Origin: an uncultured cyanobacterium
GTDB lineage: Bacteria > Cyanobacteriota > Cyanobacteriia > Cyanobacteriales > Cyanobacteriaceae
DNA: 64,000 nucleotides
Assembly: GCA_963710605.1 (NCBI GenBank)
Contig: CAVQBA010000004.1
Coordinates: 704,001-768,000 of the forward strand
Direction: 5' to 3'
Position numbers and translations under genes: made by a program. Below the pieces are notes generated by a model. The model made no database searches, was not told where the DNA came from, and worked only from the letters and a program-made list of their open reading frames with translations. This document shows, one piece after another, positions 21,431-31,468 of the stretch. Positions within the stretch are counted from its first letter, which is position 1; the number at the start of each line of letters is the position of its first letter.

Positions 21431-22051
21431 ATGAATTCTACTTATCACCAAAAAAAAGCTCAAGAGAAAACAGAGCAAATATTAACAGGGGCGTTATCGC
21501 AATTTTTAAAAGATGGCTATCTAGGTGCGAGTATGGATAGAATAGCTTCAGCGGCGGGGGTTTCTAAACAAACCTTGTATAGTTATTTTGGTGATAAGGA
21601 AAGTTTGTTTAAGGCTTTAATCAAAAAGGTAACAACTGATAAGTTTCAGTTAGTTTGGTCAAAATCATTAAAAGGAAAACCTGAAGTTGTCTTAAAAAGT
21701 TTAGCTCAAAGAATTTATCTGGAAGTAAACGATGCTCAATATCTTGCTTTTGTACAAATAGTAGTAACAGAAACAAAAAATCATCCTGAAATTGGCGAAC
21801 TTTTTTTAACTAATGTAGCTAAAAGTGCGATCGATATTTTAACTAATTATCTCAAAGAATGTCCTGAACTCAATTTAAACGATCCTCAAGCGATCGCACA
21901 CATTTTTGTTAATACAATTATTCATCATATTATGACGCAAGAGATATTACAAGGTAAAGTAGTTATTCCCCTCAAGTTCGATCGTCTAATTGATAATTTA
22001 ATTAAGATGATTATCAATCACGGTCATCATACAATTAGCAATTTATGCTGA
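21431..22051 (+). CDS. TetR/AcrR family transcriptional regulator
   Basis: GYLGASMDRIASAAGVSKQTLYSYFGDKESLF HTH; divergent from devBC. Confidence 0.95.
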   Translation: MNSTYHQKKAQEKTEQILTGALSQFLKDGYLGASMDRIASAAGVSKQTLYSYFGDKESLFKALIKKVTTDKFQLVWSKSLKGKPEVVLKSLAQRIYLEVNDAQYLAFVQIVVTETKNHPEIGELFLTNVAKSAIDILTNYLKECPELNLNDPQAIAHIFVNTIIHHIMTQEILQGKVVIPLKFDRLIDNLIKMIINHGHHTISNLC

Positions 22052-22284
22052 GCGTAGTGGTCATTGAGCGAGGTCGAAATGCCAAAGTATTAGCTATTAC
22101 TTAAGTGTATTTACTCTAAGTGTATTTATTTTCTTTACATAAGTATTTTTAATGACGAAATGATAATTCAAGCTCAAATTTGCTTGTTTATACGTAGAAT
22201 TTTGTTATAATATTTTTAAATACGAATGATTAGTTTTGTGCCTAAGTATTTTGTCAATCTGAGATAGTGAGATAGTTAACAGTA

Positions 22285-22812
22285 ATGAGCCAATTTAACA
22301 ATCGTAATCTAGCCAAAAAGATAGAAAACCTACAAAAAGAAATATCTAATTCTTCTTCATTATGGGATGCAGAAGATAGCGAAAAAGAACAACAAGATAT
22401 TAGAAGGGTTAAACAAAGCTGGCGACATAAGCAGAATCGAAAATTTAAACAGGTACAAAAAAAACATCAAGAAAATAAAAGTATTAAAAAAGTAATAGTT
22501 GTCTTAATTGGGGTTGCTACAATTCCTGTGATTTTGACGACAATACCCTCTGTTTGGCAAAGTATTAGTTTAAAAATAGCTGAATATTCTACCCCTGAAA
22601 ATAAAATTGATTCTGGGGAATTAGTTACAACTCCTTGCCCTCAATATACTACTGAGCAATGTCAAAAAACGATCGAAGTAGTTAATGATGAGCCTAAAAC
22701 CATTGGTGATGAGTTAATTAATAGTCTAGATGCTGTGAGAGATTATAATCAAGAATTAAACAAAGCTATCAAGTTATCCGATGGAGAAGATGTTAATCTA
22801 GAGGATAAATAA
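22285..22812 (+). CDS. hypothetical single-pass membrane protein
   Basis: 175 aa; basic stretch followed by VIVVLIGVATIPVIL. Confidence 0.65.
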   Translation: MSQFNNRNLAKKIENLQKEISNSSSLWDAEDSEKEQQDIRRVKQSWRHKQNRKFKQVQKKHQENKSIKKVIVVLIGVATIPVILTTIPSVWQSISLKIAEYSTPENKIDSGELVTTPCPQYTTEQCQKTIEVVNDEPKTIGDELINSLDAVRDYNQELNKAIKLSDGEDVNLEDK

Positions 22813-22846
22813 TTTATTAAGCTTGATTAAATAATAGAGGTTAAAG

Positions 22847-23104
22847 TTGATGGTAGATTCAATCATGTACCAAGAGGACGGTTATGTTGTTTTAACCAGC
22901 GATCGACCAGAAGAGTTAATGACTAAAGAAGAGTTATTATATAAACTAGAAACTGTTTTGAAACAAACCTCTAATTTACCTGCTGATGTAAGTAAGTTAA
23001 CCACAATACCCGAACAAGCAGAATATTTGCTAGAAAATTATTGTGAATTTAATCCTAATGACGATGATTATTTGCAATGGTATGTTGTGCGTTGGAATAA
23101 ATAA
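22847..23104 (+). CDS. chlororespiratory reduction protein 7 (CRR7) family
   Basis: DSIMYQEDGYVVL, EELL, C-terminal YLQWYVVRW. Confidence 0.8.
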   Translation: MMVDSIMYQEDGYVVLTSDRPEELMTKEELLYKLETVLKQTSNLPADVSKLTTIPEQAEYLLENYCEFNPNDDDYLQWYVVRWNK

Positions 23105-23161
23105 TTAATAATTGACAATTGACAATTGACAGTTGACAATTACTTAGAAATCTATTTTCAA

Positions 23162-23650
23162 ATGAATTTAATTACTGATTTTCAGATTACTTTTGCTCCT
23201 TTAGATATAAACCAAGTTTATCAATTAGCTGATAATAGTGCTAATGGTGCGGTGGTGATAATGAGTGGTACAGTCAGAGAACAAACTGAAGGTAAGGCTG
23301 TTACTTATTTAGAATATCAGGCTTATGAGCCAATGGCTGTCAAAATATTTGAACAGATAAGCGATCGAATTTCACAAACATGGCAAGATACAACTAGCGT
23401 GATTATTCATCATCGTGTCGGTAAACTAAAAATACAAGAAATAAGTGTCTTAGTTGCCGTCGGTTGCCCTCATAGACGAGAAGCGTTTGAGGCTTGTCAA
23501 TATGCGATCGATACTTTAAAACATAATGCACCTATCTGGAAAAAAGAACATTTTGCTGATGGTGCGACAAGTTGGGTAAGTATTGGTGCTTGTGAAGAAT
23601 TGACTAATAATAATTTCGTTGCCAAAAGGACGATCGATACAGATAAATAG
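23162..23650 (+). CDS. moaE: molybdopterin synthase catalytic subunit
   Basis: GAVVIMSGTVRE, LEYQAY, HRVGKL, PHRREAFEACQYAIDTLKHNAPIWKKE; ATG 23162 preferred over the TTG lying in a tandem repeat. Confidence 0.95.
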   Translation: MNLITDFQITFAPLDINQVYQLADNSANGAVVIMSGTVREQTEGKAVTYLEYQAYEPMAVKIFEQISDRISQTWQDTTSVIIHHRVGKLKIQEISVLVAVGCPHRREAFEACQYAIDTLKHNAPIWKKEHFADGATSWVSIGACEELTNNNFVAKRTIDTDK

Positions 23651-23886
23651 AGTTCGTTGACAAAATAATCGATCGACTAGTGTAGTGAGGTTTTGGCTTT
23701 TAAAAGAGATATATTCGACCTTTTGCAAAATAACGGTAGTCATCTGCATGGCTTAGTTAGAAGAAACTAAAAATTACTCTATTTCTCTTGGATTTAGAAG
23801 TCATCAAATCTTTCAAGGATAACTCCACCACATTTCTTTCCCGAGCCTTCTCTACATTGTTGATTATATCTGTTTCCATAACAAGT

Positions 23887-23918
23887 GCGATCGCGCAGCG
23901 GCAGACTTCGTCTGATCG
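23887..23918. repeat. small HIP1-associated dispersed repeat
   Basis: GCGATCGC-GCAGCGG-CAGACTTCGTCTG-ATCG: GC-rich hairpin between a full and a partial HIP1 site. Confidence 0.6.
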
Positions 23919-23925
23919 AGATCTT

Positions 23926-24148
23926 GTAGGTTGGGTTGAAGCCTCTTCAAGTTTAATACACAAACGATACATTAAATAATAGCGAAACCCAACAACCAAA
24001 CGTTTAAAATATAAAACCCTATTCTCTTCTACAAATCTAATTTTTATTTTCATTATGTTTGCTTTCCTCACGACAAAAAATGTTGGGTTTCGTTGTTTAT
24101 ATATTTTTAGAATTAAAGATAAGTTTTTTCTAGCTCAACCCAACCTAC
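23926..24148. repeat. inverted doublet of GTAGGTTGGGTTGA...CGAAACCCAACA REP-like units
   Basis: unit 1 at 23926-23994 (+), unit 2 at 24081-24148 (-); a third copy at ~55172-55238 (-). Confidence 0.8.
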
Positions 24149-24160
24149 TGCTACTTTTTA

Positions 24161-24763
24161 TTAGCCATGTTTATTTCTCGATATAATGTTCTTTAGTTCG
24201 GATACTGACATTGGCGGTTGTTCTAAATGAAGTATAGAGTGACAATTTGGACAGACAGGTCTTAAATCTTCGATGGGATCGATGCGGTATTCTTTCTTAA
24301 TGTCAGAAATTGGCTTGATGTGGTGTACATGAATAAAACCTTTAGCTAAATTGCCATAAATGTCTTCCAGACTTACACCGCAGACACTACAAGAATAGCC
24401 ATAATGATTTATGCAGGCGGTTCTTGCATTTCTATCTCTTTCGTATTTGTTTACGGTAATTTTGGTAACTGAACCTTCCCTATATCCTATATCAGATACT
24501 TCTTCTGGCAAGGAGGCCAAAATGGATTTCGTTAGAACGTAACCAGGAAGGCTAGAAATTTTATGCGGTATATTTGTTCTTTTACCAATTTTTATATCGT
24601 TATTCTCAAGTTCATCCTTATCTTCAATAATGACATAACCGCACCGATCAAACAGGGCGCAAGGATATTTTGTAATCCCCGCATAGAAATTACCCCAATC
24701 ACTATAAAGTGCTTGTGCGACATTCAGCGACAAGTCTTTAGCTAGCTTATTTCCTTTGCTCAA
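24161..24763 (-). CDS. HNH endonuclease, McrA-like; probable integron gene cassette
   Basis: YERDRNARTACINHYGYSCSVCG...FIHVHHIKPIS...LRPVCPNCHSILH; TTG start; GTTAGCC upstream and GGCTAA at the stop; no CGATCG site seen in the gene. Confidence 0.88.
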   Translation of the reverse strand: MSKGNKLAKDLSLNVAQALYSDWGNFYAGITKYPCALFDRCGYVIIEDKDELENNDIKIGKRTNIPHKISSLPGYVLTKSILASLPEEVSDIGYREGSVTKITVNKYERDRNARTACINHYGYSCSVCGVSLEDIYGNLAKGFIHVHHIKPISDIKKEYRIDPIEDLRPVCPNCHSILHLEQPPMSVSELKNIISRNKHG

Positions 24764-24780
24764 CTCGTAATCCTATTTTT

Positions 24781-24800
24781 GGCTAACTTATAATTGTACC
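24781..24800 (-). other. attI-like recombination site
   Basis: minus strand GGTACAATTATAA-GTTAGCC (GTTRRRY core) between the intI-like start and the cassette ORF. Confidence 0.6.
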
Positions 24801-24840
24801 GCGACCACGGTACGATACAACCTACCGCATCTGCGGTAAG

Positions 24841-24948
24841 ATGTCAAGCTCTTCTTATTCCATTTCTGACTCTCCTTTTCTTAATCAAGTCCGACAAACC
24901 ATTCGTCTAAAACAGATGAGTCGTCGTACTGAAGAAAGCTATGGATGA
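24841..24948 (+). pseudogene. intI: integron integrase N-terminal remnant
   Basis: own translation MSSSSYSISDSPFLNQVRQTIRLKQMSRRTEESYG*, matching the LxQVRxxIRLKHYSxRTExxY start of integron integrases. Confidence 0.75.
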
Positions 24949-24989
24949 TAAAATGGGGCTAAACTTGCATAAAATAGTTTTAAAACTAG

Positions 24990-25334
24990 ATGGCAAAATT
25001 ACCAGTTGTTATACTACAATCAATTTTCGATCTTCTGCAAGATTTATCAGAACTAGTTGATGATGCTACAAACGCTGAATATTTGCTTTTTGAGCGTTTT
25101 GGTGAAACGGAAGAAACAATTAATTCTTTAGATGAATTGAAAAGTGTTGCTTTAGAATCTGCTTCTCGTTATTCTCAACTTGCTAATTTACGTCTTAGAT
25201 TAGCAGAAAATCAACCGAAATTATCGAAAGAAATGTTAGCATTACTAGAAAAAACAATTAACCAAAATCAGCAGAGGATTCCTGCGATGAAACGTAGTAT
25301 TGAAGAAATCAAAATTGAAGGGGGGTTATCATGA
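24990..25334 (+). CDS. hypothetical helical protein
   Basis: 114 aa ORF with ATG start, amphipathic helices, coupled to the next ORF. Confidence 0.75.
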   Translation: MAKLPVVILQSIFDLLQDLSELVDDATNAEYLLFERFGETEETINSLDELKSVALESASRYSQLANLRLRLAENQPKLSKEMLALLEKTINQNQQRIPAMKRSIEEIKIEGGLS

Positions 25335-25534
25335 ATCAACAATCTTTTATTCCTAATTCAGAAACTAGAAAACGTCTTGTTACTAATTTACGTCACACTC
25401 GTTTAGATTTACAAAACTTTGGGTTACAGTTAGAAGAATTATTAGCCAGTGTTGAAAAAGAAATTCGAGAACAAAAGTTAAAAAGATTACAAAAAAATCA
25501 ATCTAATACTGAAGTATCACAAGAATTGATTTAA
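25331..25534 (+). CDS. small hypothetical coiled-coil protein
   Basis: 67 aa; ATGA overlap with the upstream gene; G-rich RBS. Confidence 0.7.
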   Translation: MNQQSFIPNSETRKRLVTNLRHTRLDLQNFGLQLEELLASVEKEIREQKLKRLQKNQSNTEVSQELI

Positions 25535-25614
25535 AGAGGTTAAAAAAAGTTAGGGAAGGTTAAAATATTAAGTCTTTGGAACTTATACTATTTCTTAGCT
25601 TTTATTCTTAATTT

Positions 25615-26364
25615 ATGAAACGTTGGAATCTGATTTTGTCTGGCATTATATTCTCGATCGCTTCTATTTTCTTATTAAGCTCATTTTATACTTACGAACC
25701 AATTGAAGCTCAATCTAATTCCACTTATCAATATCGAGCTTTTCATAATCCTGATGGTATCGGTAAATTTTATTTAGGTCGAGAAATAGCCAAAGTAATG
25801 GGGCATCAAGAATTTCTTTGGTTAGAGCGTCCGAGTCGAGAAGCTGAGGAAAAACCCAGTGAAGCGATCGAAGCATTGAATTTAAAGCCTACTGATGTAG
25901 TAGCTGATATCGGTGCAGGTTCGGGATATTTAAGTTTTAAGATTGCCGAGAAAGTACCTCAAGGTAAAGTATATGCAGTAGATATACAACCAGAAATGAT
26001 CGATATTCTTGATTTTTTGAGTAAAGAAAATCCTGATTTACCAGTTGTGCCTGTATTAGGTAGCGAAACTTCTCCTAATCTAAAACCAGATTCGATTGAT
26101 TTAGCGATTATGGTAGATGCTTACCACGAGTTTACTTACCCTCAAGAAATGATGGAAGCATTGGTTAAAGCCCTCAAACCCAAAGGTAGAGTCGTGTTAC
26201 TAGAATACCGTAAAGAAAACCCCTTAATTGCAATTAAGGGAGTTCATAAAATGACTGAAAAACAAGTTAAAAAAGAAATGAAAGCGATCGGTTTAGAATG
26301 GGTAACTAATGAGAAATTTTTACCAACACAACATTATTTAGTCTTTGAAAAAGGTTCAACATAA
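25615..26364 (+). CDS. class I SAM-dependent methyltransferase with N-terminal signal/anchor
   Basis: VADIGAGSGY motif I, YAVDIQPEM, MVDAYHEF. Confidence 0.9.
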   Translation: MKRWNLILSGIIFSIASIFLLSSFYTYEPIEAQSNSTYQYRAFHNPDGIGKFYLGREIAKVMGHQEFLWLERPSREAEEKPSEAIEALNLKPTDVVADIGAGSGYLSFKIAEKVPQGKVYAVDIQPEMIDILDFLSKENPDLPVVPVLGSETSPNLKPDSIDLAIMVDAYHEFTYPQEMMEALVKALKPKGRVVLLEYRKENPLIAIKGVHKMTEKQVKKEMKAIGLEWVTNEKFLPTQHYLVFEKGST

Positions 26365-26510
26365 AAATAGTTTTTCTTTAAATGCTTATCGATTGAATTG
26401 AGAAAATTCGTGATTATGTCAAGTTGATTTTAATAGTTATAGCGAGGCACGATTTAACAGGACATTTTTAATTTTAGGTTTGCAGTTAACTTTAGTTAAC
26501 GTACATGGTT

Positions 26511-26561
26511 AGCCTTGAACTTAAGTTCAAGGCTCAAAGAAAATCGTTCAATAAATTGAAC
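26511..26561 (+). repeat. double-hairpin dispersed repeat, copy 1
   Basis: AGCCTTGAACTTAAGTTCAAGGCT...CGTTCAATAAATTGAAC; lies inside a TATAGC-led frame with AGGACAT/ATGTCCT inner inverted repeats (~26438-26598). Confidence 0.75.
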
Positions 26562-26707
26562 TAAAATTATGTCCTAATTCTCTAGTTTTAAGCCATACAA
26601 TATGTCTTGATTTAATTGTATCGGAGTAATTCATGTACAAACCCTAATATCATTTATCACTAATTACTAGAACTTGATCTTAAAACAATTCTTTTTTTTC
26701 GATTATC

Positions 26708-28177
26708 TTAGATATTCTCCTCCATCTCAGTCTCCAAAAAACCCGTATAAGCCTCCATACCATGTTCTCCAATATCCAAACCGAGGTATTCTTCCTCTGG
26801 AGAGACTCTTAAGCCAAAGAGCGACTTTAATATTGACCAAAAAACAGTACTCAAAACAACCATCGTTAAGCCAATGCTAACAATTCCAACAATTTGGGTA
26901 ATTAGCAAATTAATATTACCAGTACTAAACAGTCCAGAGATAGCCTCATCGCCAGTAATATTTATATCTGCAAATAAACCAACGGCAATAGTACCCCAAA
27001 CACCATTAACCAAATGTACTGATATAGCACCAACAGGATCATCAATTTTAATTTTATCAAAAAAATAGACTGCTAAAACAACTAAAAATCCAGCAAAGAC
27101 ACCAATGACGATCGCACTAGAATAAGATACCATTGAACAACCTGCGGTAATAGCCACTAATCCCGATAAAATACCATTAATACTTAAAGACAGATCAGGT
27201 TTTCCTGCCAAAAACCAACTAGTTAAAGTAGCAGTAATTCCTCCAGAAGCGGCGGCTAAATTAGTCGTCACCGCAATATAAGCGATATTTTCACCCACTG
27301 CCATTGTTGAACCGGGGTTAAACCCAAACCAACCTATCCAAAGAATAAAACAACCTAAAGTTGCAATACTTAAGTTATGTCCAGGTAAGGGTAATGGCAT
27401 TCCATTAGCTTGATATTTACCGATTCTAGGACCTAAAATTATTGCTCCTGTCAATGCACACCAGCCACCGACAGAGTGGACTACTGTTGAACCAGCAAAA
27501 TCAGTAAAACCAATATTTTGTAACCATCCTCCACCCCATGTCCAATGTCCAATAATTGGATAGGCGATCGCAACTAATAAAAAACTAAACAAAATAAAAT
27601 CGATAAATTTAACTCTTTCGGCTACTGCACCAGAGACGATTGTTGCCGCCGTACCAGCGAAAGCAACCTGAAATAAAAATTTTGCCGACAAAGGTACTCC
27701 AGCCCAACTAAGGGATGTATAAACCCCCTTATAAGTAGATCCCATCATTGGACTGTTATCAGCTCCATTAAGAAAAAAACCTTGTAAACCAAACAAACTA
27801 TTACCATCACCAAACATCAAGGCAAAACCTAAAGCCCAAAAAGCGATCGTAGAAATAGCGAAAACAATTAAGTTTTTAGATAGCATATTAACCGCATTTT
27901 TCCGCCGACAAAAACCAGTTTCTAGCATTGCAAAACCAGCATTCATGGTAATAACTAATACTGAAGCTATTACTACCCATAAAGTATCTAATCCAACTTT
28001 TAATTCTGAAGTTGTAATCGTAGTTAATTCTGTCGTACTTTCTTGAGCGTAAACTGCATAACTCGAACATAACAATAGAATACAGCTTAATAAAACGCAC
28101 CCTTGCCAACTATTTGAATTTTTAATTGTATTGACAATTATTTGAATTTTTCTTCTCTGAATTCGACTTAGTGACAT
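26708..28177 (-). CDS. amt: ammonium transporter
   Basis: [50 protein letters not shown]; twin His retained. Confidence 0.96.
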   Translation of the reverse strand: MSLSRIQRRKIQIIVNTIKNSNSWQGCVLLSCILLLCSSYAVYAQESTTELTTITTSELKVGLDTLWVVIASVLVITMNAGFAMLETGFCRRKNAVNMLSKNLIVFAISTIAFWALGFALMFGDGNSLFGLQGFFLNGADNSPMMGSTYKGVYTSLSWAGVPLSAKFLFQVAFAGTAATIVSGAVAERVKFIDFILFSFLLVAIAYPIIGHWTWGGGWLQNIGFTDFAGSTVVHSVGGWCALTGAIILGPRIGKYQANGMPLPLPGHNLSIATLGCFILWIGWFGFNPGSTMAVGENIAYIAVTTNLAAASGGITATLTSWFLAGKPDLSLSINGILSGLVAITAGCSMVSYSSAIVIGVFAGFLVVLAVYFFDKIKIDDPVGAISVHLVNGVWGTIAVGLFADINITGDEAISGLFSTGNINLLITQIVGIVSIGLTMVVLSTVFWSILKSLFGLRVSPEEEYLGLDIGEHGMEAYTGFLETEMEENI

Positions 28178-28261
28178 GAAAGTTATTATAATAAATGGTC
28201 TTCGACATTATATGCAGAAACATCAATTATTTAAAGCATTCAACATTACAATTAGATTAAT

Positions 28262-29886
28262 TTATCCATAAATCATAATTAATTTGTCATTATAGTTATA
28301 TATTTCTACTTTAGTTTGGTATTTTACGCTCAAATATTGATAATTATTTTCAACTTGTTCTATGTGTTGTCCTAATTGTTCTTTTTTATTTGGGTTATTC
28401 AAACTAAATAAAGTACTTATTTTTGTAAAATATTCTTGAGTTAAGAAGATTTTAATTTTTTTTTATCAATTTCATAAGTACAAATTTCTTCGCTCCCTGA
28501 ACAAATATTATTTAATTCTTCCCTGATTTCTTCTTGTTTAACCGCCTCAGTTAATGATATTTCGGCTAAGACTAAATTTTTGGTTACTGTTTGTTCTAGA
28601 TTAGTCGCATCTTGACTAACTAAACTATTATTCGGCACTTGAGCTAACGATTCAAGAGCTTTTTGCCAAAACTCTACTGCTTTTGTCCACTGATTATTTT
28701 CTTCAGATTCTTGAGCTAATTTGATATTTTCTTGAGCTAATTGGAAAGAATTATCAGCTTGTTTTTCTACGGTTAGTTTTGTTTGTACATTGATTATTTC
28801 CGACAAATAACTATTTAAAAGCTCTTCTTTTTTATCCGCTGATTTAGTATCTACAGGTATTTCTTCTATTTTAGAAATCGCATTTTGCCATTGTTGTTCT
28901 GTTTGTTCTAAGTTAGATAAAGAATTGATACTTTGCTGATTTGCTTTTATCTCTTGAACAATTATTTGAGCATTAGCTAACTTTTCAATACCTGTTTTTT
29001 CAGCTTCAATACGGTTATTAACTGTATAAATTATTCCCTGATAACTTTCTATTTTTTCTTCTTTAGGAGCAATCAAATCTGGTGTGGAAACCATGTTTAG
29101 TTCTTCGATCGCTTTTTCTAAATATGATTGTACTCTTGTCCATTCTTTCAGTGAAAGTGGCAATTGTTGACGCATATTCTCAGATCGTTCAACTTGGCTA
29201 TAAGCTTCTAAAAAATAATTTAAATCATTGATAATATCACGATATGATTCAATTAATTGACTAGCTTGAACAAAAGAATCTGACCAGCGAGGAATTCTTT
29301 GTAAATCTTTAATCGCTGTTACTAATTCAGCCTTTAAATCAACTATGTTTGCCTCAGTTAAATCAGTTGTTGATTTAGTTTTTAATACATCCGAAACTGT
29401 TGCCTCAGTACTAGTAATTATTTCGCATTTTTCCATGACGCAAGGGCGAGAAAAGTAATAAACTACTCCAATCGTAATCACGGATAAAACACTGAAAATG
29501 AAAATAACAAAACCACTAGAAAAATTAGCTGAAGAGTATTTTTTTTCTGGCGGTGAAGACTTTTCTAATTCATTTTTGGCTAGATAGTCTTCTTTACTTG
29601 CCGCATAAATTTGTTGACGATCGTGACTGTTGCAAATGGTAAAATCATTAACTACACTATGATGATCAATTATTTCGGCAATTAAATCAATTAGTATTTC
29701 GATTTCATTAGCGGTAGCAGAATCATCAATTAAAAAGACTAATAAATCATCTTCTTGCTGACAAGCTATGGGTATTTTTACGGTTAAACGATTGTCAAGA
29801 GAAATTCTTTCTTGCAGTTGCTTTAACAACGTTTCCGAATCAATTGTTGTACCTATCGAGGTTTTAATCATCGAACTTTTTATCAA
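28262..29886 (-). CDS. hypothetical membrane-anchored helical protein, frameshifted in an A9 run (28456-28464)
   Basis: 481-aa ORF; one extra A extends it through IKIFLTQEYF...VEIYNYNDKLIMIYG* to a stop at 28262. Confidence 0.7.
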
Positions 29887-30071
29887 TCAGTAAATATGAC
29901 AAGATAACTATTGTATAACTTAAAACCATTTAGTTATTCAAACCAATCAACTAATATTTTTTTTAGTTATTGATAGCTTCTATTTTAATTTACCCCATCA
30001 AAAATAAAGAAGCAGGATGAATTCCAAAACAATAAGAATACCACATCCAACTTCTAATCTTGATAATTAAC

Positions 30072-30410
30072 TTAGTTTGTACCTGAAAAAACGATCGCAG
30101 GAAACTTTTCTTGTGCTTGAAACATGGTAAATTTTTTACTGTTTTCTTGCCAAAAATTAATTACTTCTGTCGCTTGATTGAGTAACTCAATTTTTTCGTT
30201 GTCGGTAATCCAAGTTTTTAAGTCTAACTCATCTTTTAACTCTTGCCAAGCATCTGTTCGTGGCCAAAAGTAATAAGGGGTTAAAGGGCTAATTCCTTTA
30301 CTAATAACATAGTCAACAGCTAAAGCCGCATTTTTTTCTAGCCAGACTACTTTTAAAACGAATCGAGAATCAATTTTATTTTCAACTTGGGTTTCTACTG
30401 TGGACTCCAA
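30072..30410 (-). CDS. ycf65: 30S ribosomal protein PSRP-3 (Ycf65)
   Basis: FVLKVVWLEKN, SPLTPYYFWPRTDAWQELK, LLNQATEVINFWQE. Confidence 0.93.
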   Translation of the reverse strand: MESTVETQVENKIDSRFVLKVVWLEKNAALAVDYVISKGISPLTPYYFWPRTDAWQELKDELDLKTWITDNEKIELLNQATEVINFWQENSKKFTMFQAQEKFPAIVFSGTN

Positions 30411-30502
30411 TTAAACCTCCGAGAGTGATTATTAAGGTACTAAATATTATTTTACACAATATAACATTATAGCTTAATATTGATAGTTAATCTTAAGTAT
30501 AA

Positions 30503-31303
30503 GTGGAAAAAATGCCAGCGATCGTAATTTTTGATATTGATGGTGTCATCAGAGACGTAACAAATTCCTATCGTCGTGCTTTAGCCGACACAGTCGAACA
30601 CTTTACTAGCTATGCTTTTCGTCCAACGATGAGAAATATAGACAACCTCAAAGCCGAGGGAAAATGGAATAACGATTGGGAAGGCTCACAAGAATTGATT
30701 TATCGCCATTACGAAGAATATGAAAACAAATCCAGAAAAGAAATTAGTCTTGACTATGACAAAATTGTTGAGTTTTTTCAATCCCGTTATCGTGGTAATC
30801 AATTAGATAATCCTGATAAATGGGAAGGTTACATCACCACCGAGCCTTTATTAGTCGATCAAAACTATTTTGATATATTGACCGAAAATAAACTAGCTTG
30901 GGGTTTTTTTAGTGGTGCAACAACAGGCTCAGCTAAATATATTCTTGAAAAACGTTTAGGTTTAGATAACCCCGTTTTAGTAGCCATGGAAGATGCCCCC
31001 GGAAAACCTGAACCAACTGGCTTATTTTTAGCGGTGAAATTGGTTGAAGAAAGATTTTCTTTGGTTAAAGATTCCTTTCCCGTTATCTATTTAGGAGATA
31101 CTGTTGCTGATATGACAACAATTATTAAAGCACGAAAAATACAACCAGAAAGAGAATTTATGGCGATCGGTGTTTTACCTCCTCATGTCAACTATGATGA
31201 TAAAGTCAAAGATAATTATCGTCGTCAGTTATTTAAAGCAGGGGCAACTCATGTCGTTAATCAGGTTTCTGAATTTAATAGTATGGGAATTATTGATAAT
31301 TGA
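30503..31303 (+). CDS. HAD-superfamily hydrolase (TIGR01548-type)
   Basis: FDIDGVIRDV, WNNDW, APGKPEPTGL, YLGDTVAD. Confidence 0.88.
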   Translation: MEKMPAIVIFDIDGVIRDVTNSYRRALADTVEHFTSYAFRPTMRNIDNLKAEGKWNNDWEGSQELIYRHYEEYENKSRKEISLDYDKIVEFFQSRYRGNQLDNPDKWEGYITTEPLLVDQNYFDILTENKLAWGFFSGATTGSAKYILEKRLGLDNPVLVAMEDAPGKPEPTGLFLAVKLVEERFSLVKDSFPVIYLGDTVADMTTIIKARKIQPEREFMAIGVLPPHVNYDDKVKDNYRRQLFKAGATHVVNQVSEFNSMGIIDN

Positions 31304-31468
31304 CAATTGATAATTAAACTACCTATTATCTGTTAGCTATAAATTGTGATAAATACTATTCTTTTATTATCTTCTTACAAGTTTGGTTAACAATCAAAAA
31401 TCGATCGTTAAAACTTAGAGAAGTTGAGGTGTAACGTCTTAATCTTCAATCAAAAAGTACAACTAAGC

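Noticed and set aside
22048-22090. tRNA-like GC-rich patch after tetR
   Set aside because: No cloverleaf; it resembles the short CTGAGCG...TCGAA dispersed repeat also seen near 17948
23757-24071. ORFs 23757..24071(-), 23788..23979(+) and 23516..23749(-)
   Set aside because: They run through REP-like and HIP1 repeats or antisense to moaE and show no recognisable motif; at most a decayed fragment lies at ~23690-23880
28178-28440. NtcA box upstream of amt
   Set aside because: No GTA-N8-TAC match found by eye, and most of the interval is the frameshifted tail of the upstream gene
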